Of a stretch of 40,730 bases of DNA, positions 16,844 through 28,235 are shown in pieces. Source of the DNA: Candidatus Gastranaerophilales bacterium. Its GTDB lineage: Bacteria > Cyanobacteriota > Vampirovibrionia > Gastranaerophilales > Gastranaerophilaceae. Both the position numbers and the translations under genes were made by a program. The stretch lies in assembly GCA_021199975.1 (NCBI GenBank), contig JAJQHF010000211.1, positions 1-40,730 on the forward strand, given 5' to 3'. Each line of letters opens with the position of its first letter. Positions within the stretch are counted from its first letter, which is position 1. The notes beneath the pieces were generated by a model. It worked only from the letters and a program-made list of their open reading frames with translations, was not told the origin of the DNA and did no database searches.

Positions 16844-18321
16844 TACACCAATGTCACTGAAGGAATACTATAATTAAATTGTACAGCTTCTTCCAGTTTA
16901 AAGGCAACATTTAACAATTTTGTTTCGTTTAAGCAGTCAGATTGAAGCTGTATTCCGACAGGCATTTTATCCTTATCCAAAGAAACGGGAACATTCATTG
17001 CCGGAATTCCTGCAAGGTTTGCCGTAATTGTAGCGATATCAGTTAAATACATACTTAAAGGATCTTCAATTTTAGAACCGATATCAAAAGCCGTATGGGG
17101 GCATGTCGGAGATAAAAGAACATCCACTTTAGAAAAGGCATTATCAAAATCATTCTTAATAAGTCTTCTTAACTGCTGTGCTTTTTTGTAATACGCATCA
17201 TAATAACCGGAACTTAACGCATAAGTACCGAGCATTATTCTTCTTTTAACTTCATCCCCAAAGCCTTGAGCTCTTGTTTTAACGTACATATCATACAAAG
17301 TATCCGCATCTTTTGCTCTAAAGCCGTATTTAACACCGTCAAAACGTGCCAAATTTGAACTTGCTTCTGCTGTTGCAACAATATAATACACTGCAATTGA
17401 ATATTTTATTAAAGGAAGTGAAATTTCAATTATTTCGGCTCCGAGCGATTTATATGTATTAATTGCTTTTTCAATTGAAGCAGATACATCATCTGCAAGC
17501 CCTTCCGAGCATAATTCTTTAATATACCCTATTTTAACACCTTTTAAATCTTTTCTTAAATCCTGTGTATAATCAGGCGGTGTTTGATTTAAAGAAGTGG
17601 AGTCCTTCTCGTCATGCCCTGCTATGGTATTTAAGAGCAAAGCGGCATCTTCAACAGTTCTTGTTATAGGACCTATTTGATCTAAAGAAGAAGCAAATGC
17701 AATAAGTCCGTATCTTGAAACTCTGCCGTAAGTAGGCTTTAAACCGACAAGACCGCAGTAACTTGCGGGAAGTCTGATACTTCCGCCGGTATCGGAACCT
17801 AATGCAACAGTTGCTTCACCTGCCGCAACCGCAGCAGCGCTGCCTCCCGAGCTTCCGCCGGGTACTTTATTTAAATTCCACGGGTTTCTTACAATTTTAA
17901 ATGCAGAATTTTCATTACTTGAACCCATTGCAAATTCATCTAAGTTTGCTTTACCTATTATAGGTATTAAATTAGCTTTTAATTTTTTCGTAACAGTCGC
18001 ATCATAAGGAGAAACAAAATTGGCAAGAATTTTACTTGATGCCGTAGTCGGATATGATTTCAGATTAATATTATCCTTTAGTGCGAGCGGAATTCCGGCA
18101 AGCGGAGGCAAGTCATCACCGTTCTTTATTTTTTTATCTACATTTCCTGCCGTCTCGAGTGCAAAATCTTTTGTTAAGAAGTTATAAGCTCCTATTTTTT
18201 CATCCGTTTCTTCAACTCTTTTATAAACAGCCTCTGTTAATTCAACAGCGCTGACTTCTTTATTTAATAAAGCCTTTCTCTGTTCGGAGGAAGACTTTGT
18301 AATTAATTCACTGATTTCCAA
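16843..18321 (-). CDS. gatA: Glutamyl-tRNA(Gln)/aspartyl-tRNA(Asn) amidotransferase subunit A
   Basis: 492 aa with the amidase signature GGSSGGSAAAVAAGEATVALGSDTGGSIRLPASYCG and overall GatA colinearity. No gatB or gatC is adjacent. Confidence 0.92.
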   Translation of the reverse strand: MEISELITKSSSEQRKALLNKEVSAVELTEAVYKRVEETDEKIGAYNFLTKDFALETAGNVDKKIKNGDDLPPLAGIPLALKDNINLKSYPTTASSKILANFVSPYDATVTKKLKANLIPIIGKANLDEFAMGSSNENSAFKIVRNPWNLNKVPGGSSGGSAAAVAAGEATVALGSDTGGSIRLPASYCGLVGLKPTYGRVSRYGLIAFASSLDQIGPITRTVEDAALLLNTIAGHDEKDSTSLNQTPPDYTQDLRKDLKGVKIGYIKELCSEGLADDVSASIEKAINTYKSLGAEIIEISLPLIKYSIAVYYIVATAEASSNLARFDGVKYGFRAKDADTLYDMYVKTRAQGFGDEVKRRIMLGTYALSSGYYDAYYKKAQQLRRLIKNDFDNAFSKVDVLLSPTCPHTAFDIGSKIEDPLSMYLTDIATITANLAGIPAMNVPVSLDKDKMPVGIQLQSDCLNETKLLNVAFKLEEAVQFNYSIPSVTLV

Positions 18322-18436
18322 TTTGACTGCCTTTCATGTTCTCCTGTTAATATTATATGTTAAAGAATTAAAATTAGTATAAAAAGTTAGAAATTGTAAC
18401 TTTTTTCCATTTTCATAAACTGATGATAATATATAT

Positions 18437-19513
18437 ATGAGAGAGAGGCTTAAATTGGCTATTATATCAGATGATGACAACATAATATCAAACAAAACAA
18501 AGAATAAAGACACTGTATCAGAAGAAACCGCTTATGATATGTCGTTTGAATCAAACATAAGACCTAAAAAATTTGATGATTATGTGGGGCAAAGCGCATT
18601 AAAATCGACTTTAAAAATATCAATTGAGGCGGCAAAAAAAAGAGAAATGCCCTTAGACCATATTCTTTTTTACGGACCTCCCGGACTTGGAAAAACTACT
18701 TTGGCTTCTGTTATTGCAACAGAAATGGAGGCAAATATTAAAATTACATCTGCTCCGGCTTTAGAACGCCCAAGAGATATAATAGGAATATTAATGACAA
18801 TGAAAGGCGGAGATATTTTATTTATTGATGAAATACACAGATTAAACAAAATATCCGAAGAAATTTTATACCCCGCAATGGAGGATTTCTCTCTTGATAT
18901 GACAACGGGAAAATCCCAAACTTTAAAATCTATAAGAATTCCCTTGCCAAAATTTACATTAATAGGTGCAACAACAAAAGCAGGCTCTCTTTCAAGCCCG
19001 TTAAGGGACAGATTTGGCATTATTCACAGGCTTGAATTTTATACGGAAGAAGAATTAACCAAAGTTATACAAAGAACAGCAAAAATCTTAAATATAAAGA
19101 TAGAGGATAAAGGTGCAAAGGCTATTGCAAGACGTTCAAGAGGAACCCCCAGAATTGCAAACAGGCTTGTTAAAAGAGTAAGCGACTATGCAATTGTAAA
19201 ATCCAACGGATTAATTGATGCAGACACCGCAGACAATGCACTTGATATTCTGCAAATAGATAAATTCGGTCTTGATAATACCGACAGAATGTTATTAAAT
19301 CTGATTGCCGAAAAATACAACGGAGGTCCCGTCGGTATTGAAACGCTTGCGACCGCTTTAGGAGAAGACTCTAAAACAATTGAAGATGTTTATGAGCCTT
19401 ATCTCGTCCAAAAAGGCTTCATTCAAAGAACCCCGAGAGGCAGAAAATTAACTCCTTATGCCTGCAAATGCTTTAATCTGAATAATATTGATTTTCAACA
19501 GACACTTTTTTAG
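18437..19513 (+). CDS. ruvB: Holliday junction branch migration DNA helicase RuvB
   Basis: It has Walker A ([11 protein letters not shown]), Walker B ([10 protein letters not shown]), sensor motifs and the RuvB C-terminal winged helix ([17 protein letters not shown]). The N-terminus is ~35 aa longer than typical. Confidence 0.95.
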   Translation: MRERLKLAIISDDDNIISNKTKNKDTVSEETAYDMSFESNIRPKKFDDYVGQSALKSTLKISIEAAKKREMPLDHILFYGPPGLGKTTLASVIATEMEANIKITSAPALERPRDIIGILMTMKGGDILFIDEIHRLNKISEEILYPAMEDFSLDMTTGKSQTLKSIRIPLPKFTLIGATTKAGSLSSPLRDRFGIIHRLEFYTEEELTKVIQRTAKILNIKIEDKGAKAIARRSRGTPRIANRLVKRVSDYAIVKSNGLIDADTADNALDILQIDKFGLDNTDRMLLNLIAEKYNGGPVGIETLATALGEDSKTIEDVYEPYLVQKGFIQRTPRGRKLTPYACKCFNLNNIDFQQTLF

Positions 19514-19556
19514 TACCATTTCGAGAGGGAAATTGGCAGAAGAATATCATATATTA

Positions 19557-20522
19557 TTATGCATACAATATTTTGTTTATGGCTGAATGAACAATATCAA
19601 ATGCCGTTTCAGAGGGTGTTGTTTCTGAAAGGGCATTGAGCATCATAAAATCATGGCAAGTTCCTAAAATTCTTACACAGCTTACTTTTACATCGGCTTT
19701 ATTTAGTTTTCGTGCAAACTTTTCACCTTCATCTCTCAATACGTCATTTTCTGCCGTTATAATAAGAGTTTGGGGCAATCCTTCCAATATATCTTTGTCT
19801 GCTGATATCGGAGAAGCATAAAAATCTTTAAAATATGATTTATCCTGAATATAAGCTTTCCAAAACCATTCCATAGCCTTTTTGGTAAGCCAGGGACCAT
19901 CTTTATATTTTTCATAAGATTTTGATTTCATATTCGCATCAATTGCAGGATATAAAAGAAGCAGAAATAATATCTTATCTTTGTTCTCATTTTTTGCTTT
20001 TATTGCACATGAAACCGCCATATTTGCACCTGCACTGTCACCTGCTAATATTATTTTATTACCGTCAATATTGTATTTTTCGGAATTATTATACAAACAG
20101 TCCAAAACAGCATAACATTGATTAAATGGCTGCGGAAATGCAGCTTCGGGCGAATGAGTGTATTTCACAAAAGCAATACAAGTATTTGTATTAACGGCAA
20201 GTTTCCTGACTAACATATCGTGCGTTTTTTCATCACCCATTATCCAGCCGCCGCCATGCAAATATAAAATTAACGGAAGTTTTTCTTCTTTTTTATTCTG
20301 CGGTCTTATAAATCTGACAGGAACAATGCCCGCTTGGAGTGTTTCTATATTTGTATCTTCAATGTCCACTGTAATTTCTCTATAATCTTTTGCCTGCAAA
20401 TCAATCAAAAACTTTTCCGCTTCATTAGGAGTTAACTCATACAACGGTTTTTTATTTTCTTCTTCAGCTTTATTTATAAAATTTTGAACATCTTTATAGA
20501 GTCGTTTATATTTTTCTTTCAT
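19557..20522 (-). CDS. Alpha/beta hydrolase, hormone-sensitive-lipase family esterase
   Basis: It has the HGGGW oxyanion motif (LYLHGGGWIMGD), the GDSAG nucleophile elbow (LAGDSAGANMA), and a C-terminal DxL...H (ENDVLRDEG...CHDF). Confidence 0.85.
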   Translation of the reverse strand: MKEKYKRLYKDVQNFINKAEEENKKPLYELTPNEAEKFLIDLQAKDYREITVDIEDTNIETLQAGIVPVRFIRPQNKKEEKLPLILYLHGGGWIMGDEKTHDMLVRKLAVNTNTCIAFVKYTHSPEAAFPQPFNQCYAVLDCLYNNSEKYNIDGNKIILAGDSAGANMAVSCAIKAKNENKDKILFLLLLYPAIDANMKSKSYEKYKDGPWLTKKAMEWFWKAYIQDKSYFKDFYASPISADKDILEGLPQTLIITAENDVLRDEGEKFARKLNKADVKVSCVRILGTCHDFMMLNALSETTPSETAFDIVHSAINKILYA

Positions 20523-20598
20523 ATTTATCCTTTCTTATCAAAGTCAGAATAAATCAACAAAAAAAACTATAAATTACCCTTATTGCGGTTTAATAAGA

Positions 20599-21237
20599 CT
20601 AATAATTTAAAATTTCAAAACAATTTTTCTTAAAACGTAAAATACCTTCATCCTGCATTTTAGAAAGTTCACGGGAAAGCGCACTTCTGTCCGCACACAA
20701 AAATTTTGCCATTTCTTCCCTTGAATATGGTATGCTAAAAATTCCTTCCTCTTTCTTATATGTTTGCAAAAATGCTAAAATTTTATCTCTTATTGTTTTT
20801 TGAGCAATAATATCAATCTTATCATTTAATATAGAATTTTTCTTTGAAATCATTTTCATGACATTTTTTATTAAACGTAAATGGAAGGGACAAAGCTTTT
20901 CGCATGGTGTAACTATTTTTTCAAAAGGTAGAAAAAGCACTTCGCAATTACTTTTCGCAATAATATTAACGGGACTTTTATCCGTTTCGCAGCAGACAAT
21001 ATTATGCCCGAAAATATCATCGGTTTTTAACTTTTCAATTATTACGGTATTTCCAATCAAATCAGTCTTTGAAACTACGGCATTTCCTTCCAAAATCACT
21101 CCTAAAAAATCAATTTTAGCAGAAGTTCTTAAAATATATGAGTTCTTTTTAAAAACTTTGGTTTTAATTCCTATACATTTTAAAAGTTCGATTATTTCAT
21201 TATTCTCTATTTTTTCAAACAAACCCGAATTTTGCAT
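20599..21237 (-). CDS. Crp/Fnr-family transcriptional regulator
   Basis: 212 aa. An N-terminal cNMP-binding-like beta-roll is followed by a C-terminal HTH (SREEMAKFLCADRSALSRELSKMQDEGIL). Several Cys residues (CCETD, TPCEKLCPFH) could be a sensory site. Confidence 0.8.
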   Translation of the reverse strand: MQNSGLFEKIENNEIIELLKCIGIKTKVFKKNSYILRTSAKIDFLGVILEGNAVVSKTDLIGNTVIIEKLKTDDIFGHNIVCCETDKSPVNIIAKSNCEVLFLPFEKIVTPCEKLCPFHLRLIKNVMKMISKKNSILNDKIDIIAQKTIRDKILAFLQTYKKEEGIFSIPYSREEMAKFLCADRSALSRELSKMQDEGILRFKKNCFEILNY

Positions 21238-21243
21238 AGTAAT

Positions 21244-22374
21244 TTACCGTTTCTTTTTCTTTCGTTTTTTTGACAAATCAGATATATTTAAATCCTTAAC
21301 GGCATTATCAACTGAAATTTTTGCGAGAGGCTTATGCGTTCTTCTGTCATAAAAAACAAGCCAATGCTGCCGATTGGGATTATCTACGGCAAACGAAAGA
21401 ACTCCTGATACATTTTCTCCTCTTTTTATAGTTTTCATTGCAAGAGAATTTTTATAATCCATAAAAATAGAAGGATGATACCCGTTGTGCAAATCATTTA
21501 CCAATTCAATATCAAAACTTGAAAAATCGGACTTTGAATTATTTTTAACTATTAAATCCAAAGTATAAGTATTTAAATTATCAAAGGGATCTTTTTCCAA
21601 TAAAACATCGGTTATGCTTACATCAAGCCCGTCATATTTAATTTCCTCCTGCCTTACCGCTTCATGAGTCATAACCTGTATAGGTTCCGAGCTTGTTATC
21701 TTTACCTTAATTTCATCACCCGGAGAAATAAGCACACTGTTTCCTTTACGAAACAAACTCATACCGAGAGCAATAACTCCGCCCAAGGCTGCGCCGCCTA
21801 AAACAGTATATCCCTGACTTACTATAGCGCCTTCAATCCCTGCCAATTCAACGGCCGCCATTGCGCCTGCAACCCCTCCAACAGCTGTATATGCTATATT
21901 TTCTCCCGTTATTTTTGCAACAGATTTAGCAGGGCTTAATTTAGAGGTCATATTCCCTTCTATCGGAATTTCTCTTCCGTCGGGTGTGATTAAGTAATCA
22001 AAACTCAACTCTATATATCCGTCACGGCCAAATCTTTTAGGGTCAACAATATTTCTTATTGAGCCATGCGCTACCGTGCCTTTAGGCAGTAAAACACCGC
22101 TTCCCGAAAGTACATCCTCTGAAACTTCTGCAAAAAACTCATCACCTTCAATTGATGTTGTACCTTCTAAAACTTGAGAAACGGTTAATTCAATTACTTT
22201 ATTACCTTCAAGTTTTGTCTTTTCACCGGTATAAAGTTTTTCTTCCTGCTTCTGTCTGTTAACACCCGTTTCTTCAATATATCCTTTAAAAGGTTCCTGC
22301 GCACAAGAAATTAAAGAAGTATCAGAAATACATAATCCCAGCAATATTAAAATTACAATTAATTTTTTTTTCAT
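21244..22374 (-). CDS. Hypothetical secreted/lipoprotein with a central glycine-zipper segment and a polybasic C-terminus
   Basis: It has a signal peptide with an LISC lipobox-like site. An N-terminal beta-rich region (LPKGTVAHGSIRNI...GRDGYIELSFDYLITPDGREIPIEG) is followed by a Gly/Ala-rich hydrophobic stretch (GGVAGAMAAVELAGIEGAIV...GGAALGGVIALGMSLF). After a beta-rich C-domain, the tail is SKKRKKKKR. Confidence 0.5.
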   Translation of the reverse strand: MKKKLIVILILLGLCISDTSLISCAQEPFKGYIEETGVNRQKQEEKLYTGEKTKLEGNKVIELTVSQVLEGTTSIEGDEFFAEVSEDVLSGSGVLLPKGTVAHGSIRNIVDPKRFGRDGYIELSFDYLITPDGREIPIEGNMTSKLSPAKSVAKITGENIAYTAVGGVAGAMAAVELAGIEGAIVSQGYTVLGGAALGGVIALGMSLFRKGNSVLISPGDEIKVKITSSEPIQVMTHEAVRQEEIKYDGLDVSITDVLLEKDPFDNLNTYTLDLIVKNNSKSDFSSFDIELVNDLHNGYHPSIFMDYKNSLAMKTIKRGENVSGVLSFAVDNPNRQHWLVFYDRRTHKPLAKISVDNAVKDLNISDLSKKRKKKKR

Positions 22375-22432
22375 ACATCCGCCAATCTAACAATATTTTA
22401 CTATATCAGATTTGGTTTTCAAATTCAGTAAA

Positions 22433-22840
22433 TTATCGTTTGGAAGCAGCTTTTAACCTTGCCATGGCTCTTGCTATAGCGGCATTTGCAAGCTTAATAT
22501 CACGCTTTGTTTCAGCATTGCTAAGCATTGCTTCCGCACGTTCTTTAGCCAATTGAGCTCTTGTTGTGTCAATATCATTACCGCATTCCGCAGCTTCCGA
22601 AAGTATTATTGCTTCATTATTTTTAAATTGAAAAGTCCCGCCGATTATTGAGAAGTTGAAAACTTCTCCGTTTTTTTCAGCTTTTGCGGTATCGACGGCG
22701 AGTGACGACATAAACGGAATATGATTCGGTAATACTCCGAAACTGCCGTCTTTCCCCTGTGCATATACCGCATCAACATCATCTTCAAATACTATTTTTT
22801 CGGGTGTTATTATTTTTAAATGAATTGTTTTTTCTGCCAT
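22433..22840 (-). CDS. atpC: F1 ATP synthase epsilon subunit
   Basis: 135 aa, in the position directly after atpD. It has the epsilon pattern (KIITPEKIVFEDDVDAVYAQGKDGSFGVLPNHIPFMS...) and a helical C-terminus. Confidence 0.9.
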   Translation of the reverse strand: MAEKTIHLKIITPEKIVFEDDVDAVYAQGKDGSFGVLPNHIPFMSSLAVDTAKAEKNGEVFNFSIIGGTFQFKNNEAIILSEAAECGNDIDTTRAQLAKERAEAMLSNAETKRDIKLANAAIARAMARLKAASKR

Positions 22841-22851
22841 AAATGCAATAC

Positions 22852-24258
<1,407 letters not shown>

Positions 24259-24346
24259 TCACCTATTTTCCGTTTAATAATAATTTTATTATACAATTAT
24301 AATTTTTTTTTGTAAAAACATTTAGAACTAAATTTAAGAATAATAT

Positions 24347-25696
24347 CTAATCCGGTGTCTCATTTTGCCGCTGACATTTATTTTTAATACTTTTATATTT
24401 TATATATGCCATAAAAGCCTGAATAAAGCCCATTACACAAAGTGATATTGCAAGCGCATACCAGTATCCTTTAAGAGATAATCCGTATTTGCCGACCAAA
24501 ATTATTGCGGCAGGCATGCCTGCCGCCCAGTACCCTATTAATACGGCATAGGAAACAAACTTTGTCATTTTAAAACCTTTAAGAATACCGCCCGTTATTA
24601 CTTGAAAACCGTCAAAGACCTGATACATGGCAGTAATAATGACTATGGGAACCGCAATTTTTAATAATTCGCTGTCGTTTGTAAACAAACTGATTAATTG
24701 ATTGGGAATTACGGCTAAAACAATCCCCATTAATGCCATAAAACCGACTCCGAGAATAAGTCCTGCAACAGAAAAGTTCTTTATTTCTTTTATTTTTTCC
24801 GCACCGTAATAATAAGCTACCTTAACAGACAGCGCCGTCGCAATTGCAAGCGGAACCATAAAGGTTAAGCTGGATAATGTTATTAATATATTGTGGGCTG
24901 CCGCATAAACTCCTGATTCTCGCCCGACTAAAACCGTAATTATATTAAATGCAAGCAATTCAAGTACAAGCCCGATTCCAATCGGAACACCCGTTATTAT
25001 CAATTGTTTCATATACGAGAAATCCGTTTTGGATTTAAAATCAATAAACCTGAAAACATACAAAAACATTATTAATCCTAATAATGTTCGGACAGAAAGA
25101 GTTGCAATGGCTGCACCTTTTGAACCCATAGAAGGAATTGAACCAAATCCAAACACAAAAACTATATCAAAAATCAAATTTACCGCCACTGCAAACAGCA
25201 TTAAAATATTAGGAAATTTAACAATTTCATACGACTGCATAAATTGTTTCATTCCTTCAAATACAAATGTTCCAATCATTGAAAAAGAAACAATAGAAAT
25301 ATACTCTTGAATATACGGAACTAACACCGTTTCAAAACCTAAATACGGAATTATATATTTTGTTGAATAACACAAGGCGGTAAAAAGCAATGCTGTAATC
25401 AAAGAAAAAATCAAAGTAGAAAGCAGATATTTCTTTATTCCGTGTTTTGAACCTCTTAAATTTGAAAGAATAATTGAAACGGCACAAACAAGACCGAGTC
25501 CGAATATAAACAAAGTAACAAGTATAGAATTGGCAATGCTTATTGCCGCAAGCGAATTTATATTATATTTTGCAACAACAAGTACATCCGACACACCTAT
25601 TAACGTGTGGCCGAGGTTTCCTATCAATAAAGGAAATGCAAGTATTAACAAATCAGTATAATAATTTTTTAAGGTATTTTTAATTTGACTGTTCAT
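24347..25696 (-). CDS. MATE-family efflux transporter
   Basis: 449 aa with ~12 predicted TM helices. The N-terminal MATE pattern is present (LILAFPLLIGNLGHTLIGVSDVLVVAKYNINSLAAISIANSI). The start overlaps the radical-SAM gene end by 17 nt. Confidence 0.85.
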   Translation of the reverse strand: MNSQIKNTLKNYYTDLLILAFPLLIGNLGHTLIGVSDVLVVAKYNINSLAAISIANSILVTLFIFGLGLVCAVSIILSNLRGSKHGIKKYLLSTLIFSLITALLFTALCYSTKYIIPYLGFETVLVPYIQEYISIVSFSMIGTFVFEGMKQFMQSYEIVKFPNILMLFAVAVNLIFDIVFVFGFGSIPSMGSKGAAIATLSVRTLLGLIMFLYVFRFIDFKSKTDFSYMKQLIITGVPIGIGLVLELLAFNIITVLVGRESGVYAAAHNILITLSSLTFMVPLAIATALSVKVAYYYGAEKIKEIKNFSVAGLILGVGFMALMGIVLAVIPNQLISLFTNDSELLKIAVPIVIITAMYQVFDGFQVITGGILKGFKMTKFVSYAVLIGYWAAGMPAAIILVGKYGLSLKGYWYALAISLCVMGFIQAFMAYIKYKSIKNKCQRQNETPD

Positions 25697-26846
25697 TTTC
25701 TCTTAATTTAAGATATTCAACTTTATGAATAAGCATATCATTTGCCCTGTCATAAAGTTCAACATTTTTCATGCCGAGTTCCTCTGCTCTTCTCTTTGCA
25801 TATTCAAGCAATTCATACAAATAATCAGGGATATTATGTTTATTATTAATATACCATCCGCCCTCAACATCAAGAACAACACTTTTTATTCCGGCTTGAA
25901 CGGTTAAATCAAACCATTTATCCAGTTCTTCTTTATTATCGTTAAAGCCCGGATAGATAATATATTTTGTTTTGGCTTTATATTTATTTTCGCCCTGTTT
26001 TGAAGCATATATTTTAAGATTTTCCCAAACTTTATTAAAATGATTGACTCTTTTTATATTCTCATAAGTTTCAGCCGTACCTGAATCTACAGAAACAACA
26101 AGAGTAAGCTTTCCCTCCTTTAAACCTCTTTCTATAGCCTGTGAATATTTTACACCTGAGGAATGAACTCTTATATTATCACATCCGCAATCAAGAAGCA
26201 TATTAACCATAGGTTCAAATTCAGGTAATAAAGCAGGTTCGCCGCCACCAAAGCCTATTTCGCCGCCGCCTCTTATTCTTCTTGGATATACCGTCTTTTT
26301 TATATTTAGCTTATACAATAAATTACTTACAAACCGCCTTGTTTTATCCATATCCGCAAGTTTTTTTATAACAGGGTACATATTATAATTTTTTCTAGCA
26401 TTGAAAAAATCAGACTGTTCATTGGTAAAACAGTATTTACATTTGCAATTACACTGAGTCCAATGGTTAAATACCATATAATTAATATAATCATCATCAT
26501 CCCATTCACGCTCTTTTAAGAAAAAACAGCCCTTGCAGCGTTCAAGAATTATTCCTTTTTTATTAAGTTCTCTCAATTTCCTTTTTTCTTTAAAGAACTT
26601 TTTCCAATCAATCATTTCACCTTTATAATTGTCAATTAATATTTGCCTGCCGCCGCCTTCGTGGCAGTTAAAACAGCACATTTTAATGTCCTCATAATCG
26701 ACATTAAACCCGTGCTGTATATATTCACAGCTTAAATACTTGAAGGTTTTTTTTTCTTTATTATTTGATATTTTGATTATAGATGATGAATTTGAAGTAA
26801 AATGCATAACTAAATCATATAAATGTGATTTGATTTTCTTAAACAT
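25680..26846 (-). CDS. Radical SAM enzyme with an N-terminal Cys/His-rich domain
   Basis: The CX3CX2C motif lies at CNCKCKYC (FNHWTQCNCKCKYCF). A GGGEP SAM-binding motif follows (GFGGGEPALL). About 125 aa precede the core and carry C..H...CC..CH and C..C (CEYIQHGF...MCCFNCHEGG...CKGCFF). The substrate is unknown. Confidence 0.75.
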   Translation of the reverse strand: MFKKIKSHLYDLVMHFTSNSSSIIKISNNKEKKTFKYLSCEYIQHGFNVDYEDIKMCCFNCHEGGGRQILIDNYKGEMIDWKKFFKEKRKLRELNKKGIILERCKGCFFLKEREWDDDDYINYMVFNHWTQCNCKCKYCFTNEQSDFFNARKNYNMYPVIKKLADMDKTRRFVSNLLYKLNIKKTVYPRRIRGGGEIGFGGGEPALLPEFEPMVNMLLDCGCDNIRVHSSGVKYSQAIERGLKEGKLTLVVSVDSGTAETYENIKRVNHFNKVWENLKIYASKQGENKYKAKTKYIIYPGFNDNKEELDKWFDLTVQAGIKSVVLDVEGGWYINNKHNIPDYLYELLEYAKRRAEELGMKNVELYDRANDMLIHKVEYLKLRENEQSN

Positions 26847-26863
26847 AAAATTCCCTTATTATA

Positions 26864-27631
26864 TTATTTATTTTTGTATTTATATTCCCAATATTTGCAT
26901 CCTACAAGAAATTTATAAAATCCAAATACCAATACACTGATTATAAAACCTTTTATACCATTTTTATAGCCATTTTTAAAGAAAAATTTTTCAATGATAA
27001 TAAATAAACTTTTATATGAATGAAACCAAAAATTGAAACGTTTATCTTTATTCTTCCATTTTTCGCATTCTAAATCCGTGTATTGATTAATCATTTGAAT
27101 CCAGCCTGATATACTTCTTTCCTGCATATGCACTATTGCAAGGTTACGTTTCTTTTTATTAATACAATAAAGATTTCCTTCAACAACAGGTGTTCCATGA
27201 ACTTCTTTCGGATAAAAAACAGCTTCTTTTCTAAAAAATCTGACTATATAGTCAGGATATAATACTTCTAATGGTTCACCCCAGCAGTATGTTAATCTCG
27301 GAACTTTTAATCCGTTATATGTTTTTTGTTCTTTTATAAAATTATATAAAAACTCTTTTAATTCTTTTGTTATTTCTTCATCAGAGTCAACTACCAAAAC
27401 CCATTCATTTGATGCTTGCGAAATTGCATAATTTCTAGCAGGATCGGCATATCCTACATTTTTATGCATTACAATTTTACAACCGTATTCTTTTGCTATT
27501 TCTAAAGTTTTATCTGTTGAATACATATCGCATAATATAATTTCATCAAAATCTTTTACTGTTTCAAGACAGTTTTTTATAATATTTTCACAATTATAAG
27601 TGTGTATAACAACGGATATTTTTTCAGGCAT
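26864..27631 (-). CDS. Family 2 glycosyltransferase
   Basis: It has the GT-A N-terminal pattern ISVVIHTYNCENIIKNCLETV...DEIILCDMYSTDKT and a DxD-like VVDSDEE. The C-terminal segment is hydrophobic. Confidence 0.85.
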   Translation of the reverse strand: MPEKISVVIHTYNCENIIKNCLETVKDFDEIILCDMYSTDKTLEIAKEYGCKIVMHKNVGYADPARNYAISQASNEWVLVVDSDEEITKELKEFLYNFIKEQKTYNGLKVPRLTYCWGEPLEVLYPDYIVRFFRKEAVFYPKEVHGTPVVEGNLYCINKKKRNLAIVHMQERSISGWIQMINQYTDLECEKWKNKDKRFNFWFHSYKSLFIIIEKFFFKNGYKNGIKGFIISVLVFGFYKFLVGCKYWEYKYKNK

Positions 27632-27650
27632 ACATTATTCCTATCATAAA

Positions 27651-28235
27651 TTATATCCAATTTTTGAAAAATTTTAACCCTGCATTAGAGCTTTTTTCAG
27701 GGTGAAATTGAACGGCAGTTATATTATTTTGTTGTATTGAAGCACAAAATTTACCGTTATAATCGGAATATGAACTTATAATTTTATCTTCATCAGGAAC
27801 TACATAGTAAGAATTTACAAAATAAAAATAATCCTCCGGAATAAAACTGTTAATATCAGTTGTTTCAACTTTATTCCAGCCTATTTGAGGAATTTTCCCC
27901 TTTGTAAAACGCTTAACTTCACCTTTTAAGATTCCCAAGCCCTCTACCTTAGGCGCTTCTTCACTTTTTTCAAAGAGTATCTGCAAGCCGATACATATAC
28001 CTAAAAAAGGAATACCTTTATTACAGCATTCTTTAATAACAGGAATAAGTCCTTTTTTATCAAGATTATTCATAGCTTGAGCAAAATGACCCTGCCCCGG
28101 GAAAATTATTCTTTTCGAATTCAATATTTTATCTTTATCAGAAGTTATTTCAAACGGAACATTAAGAAATGTCAGCATATTAGCGACACTTCTTAAATTT
28201 CCCGCATCATAATCTACAATAATTGTTTTATTCAA
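27651..28235 (-). CDS. hisH: Imidazole glycerol phosphate synthase glutamine amidotransferase subunit HisH-like (no hisF or other his genes nearby)
   Basis: It is a class I GATase with GICIGLQ (Cys nucleophile), IPQIGWN and FHPEKS. Length is 194 aa. Confidence 0.8.
   Translation of the reverse strand: MNKTIIVDYDAGNLRSVANMLTFLNVPFEITSDKDKILNSKRIIFPGQGHFAQAMNNLDKKGLIPVIKECCNKGIPFLGICIGLQILFEKSEEAPKVEGLGILKGEVKRFTKGKIPQIGWNKVETTDINSFIPEDYFYFVNSYYVVPDEDKIISSYSDYNGKFCASIQQNNITAVQFHPEKSSNAGLKFFKNWI

Noticed and set aside
15498-21352. Nested antisense ORFs 15498..15740, 16511..16807, 18670..19020, 19636..20385 (three ORFs) and 20858..21352
   Set aside because: Each lies within a conserved gene on the other strand (PHP-like, TPR/NHL, ruvB, esterase, crp/lipoprotein) and has no features of its own.
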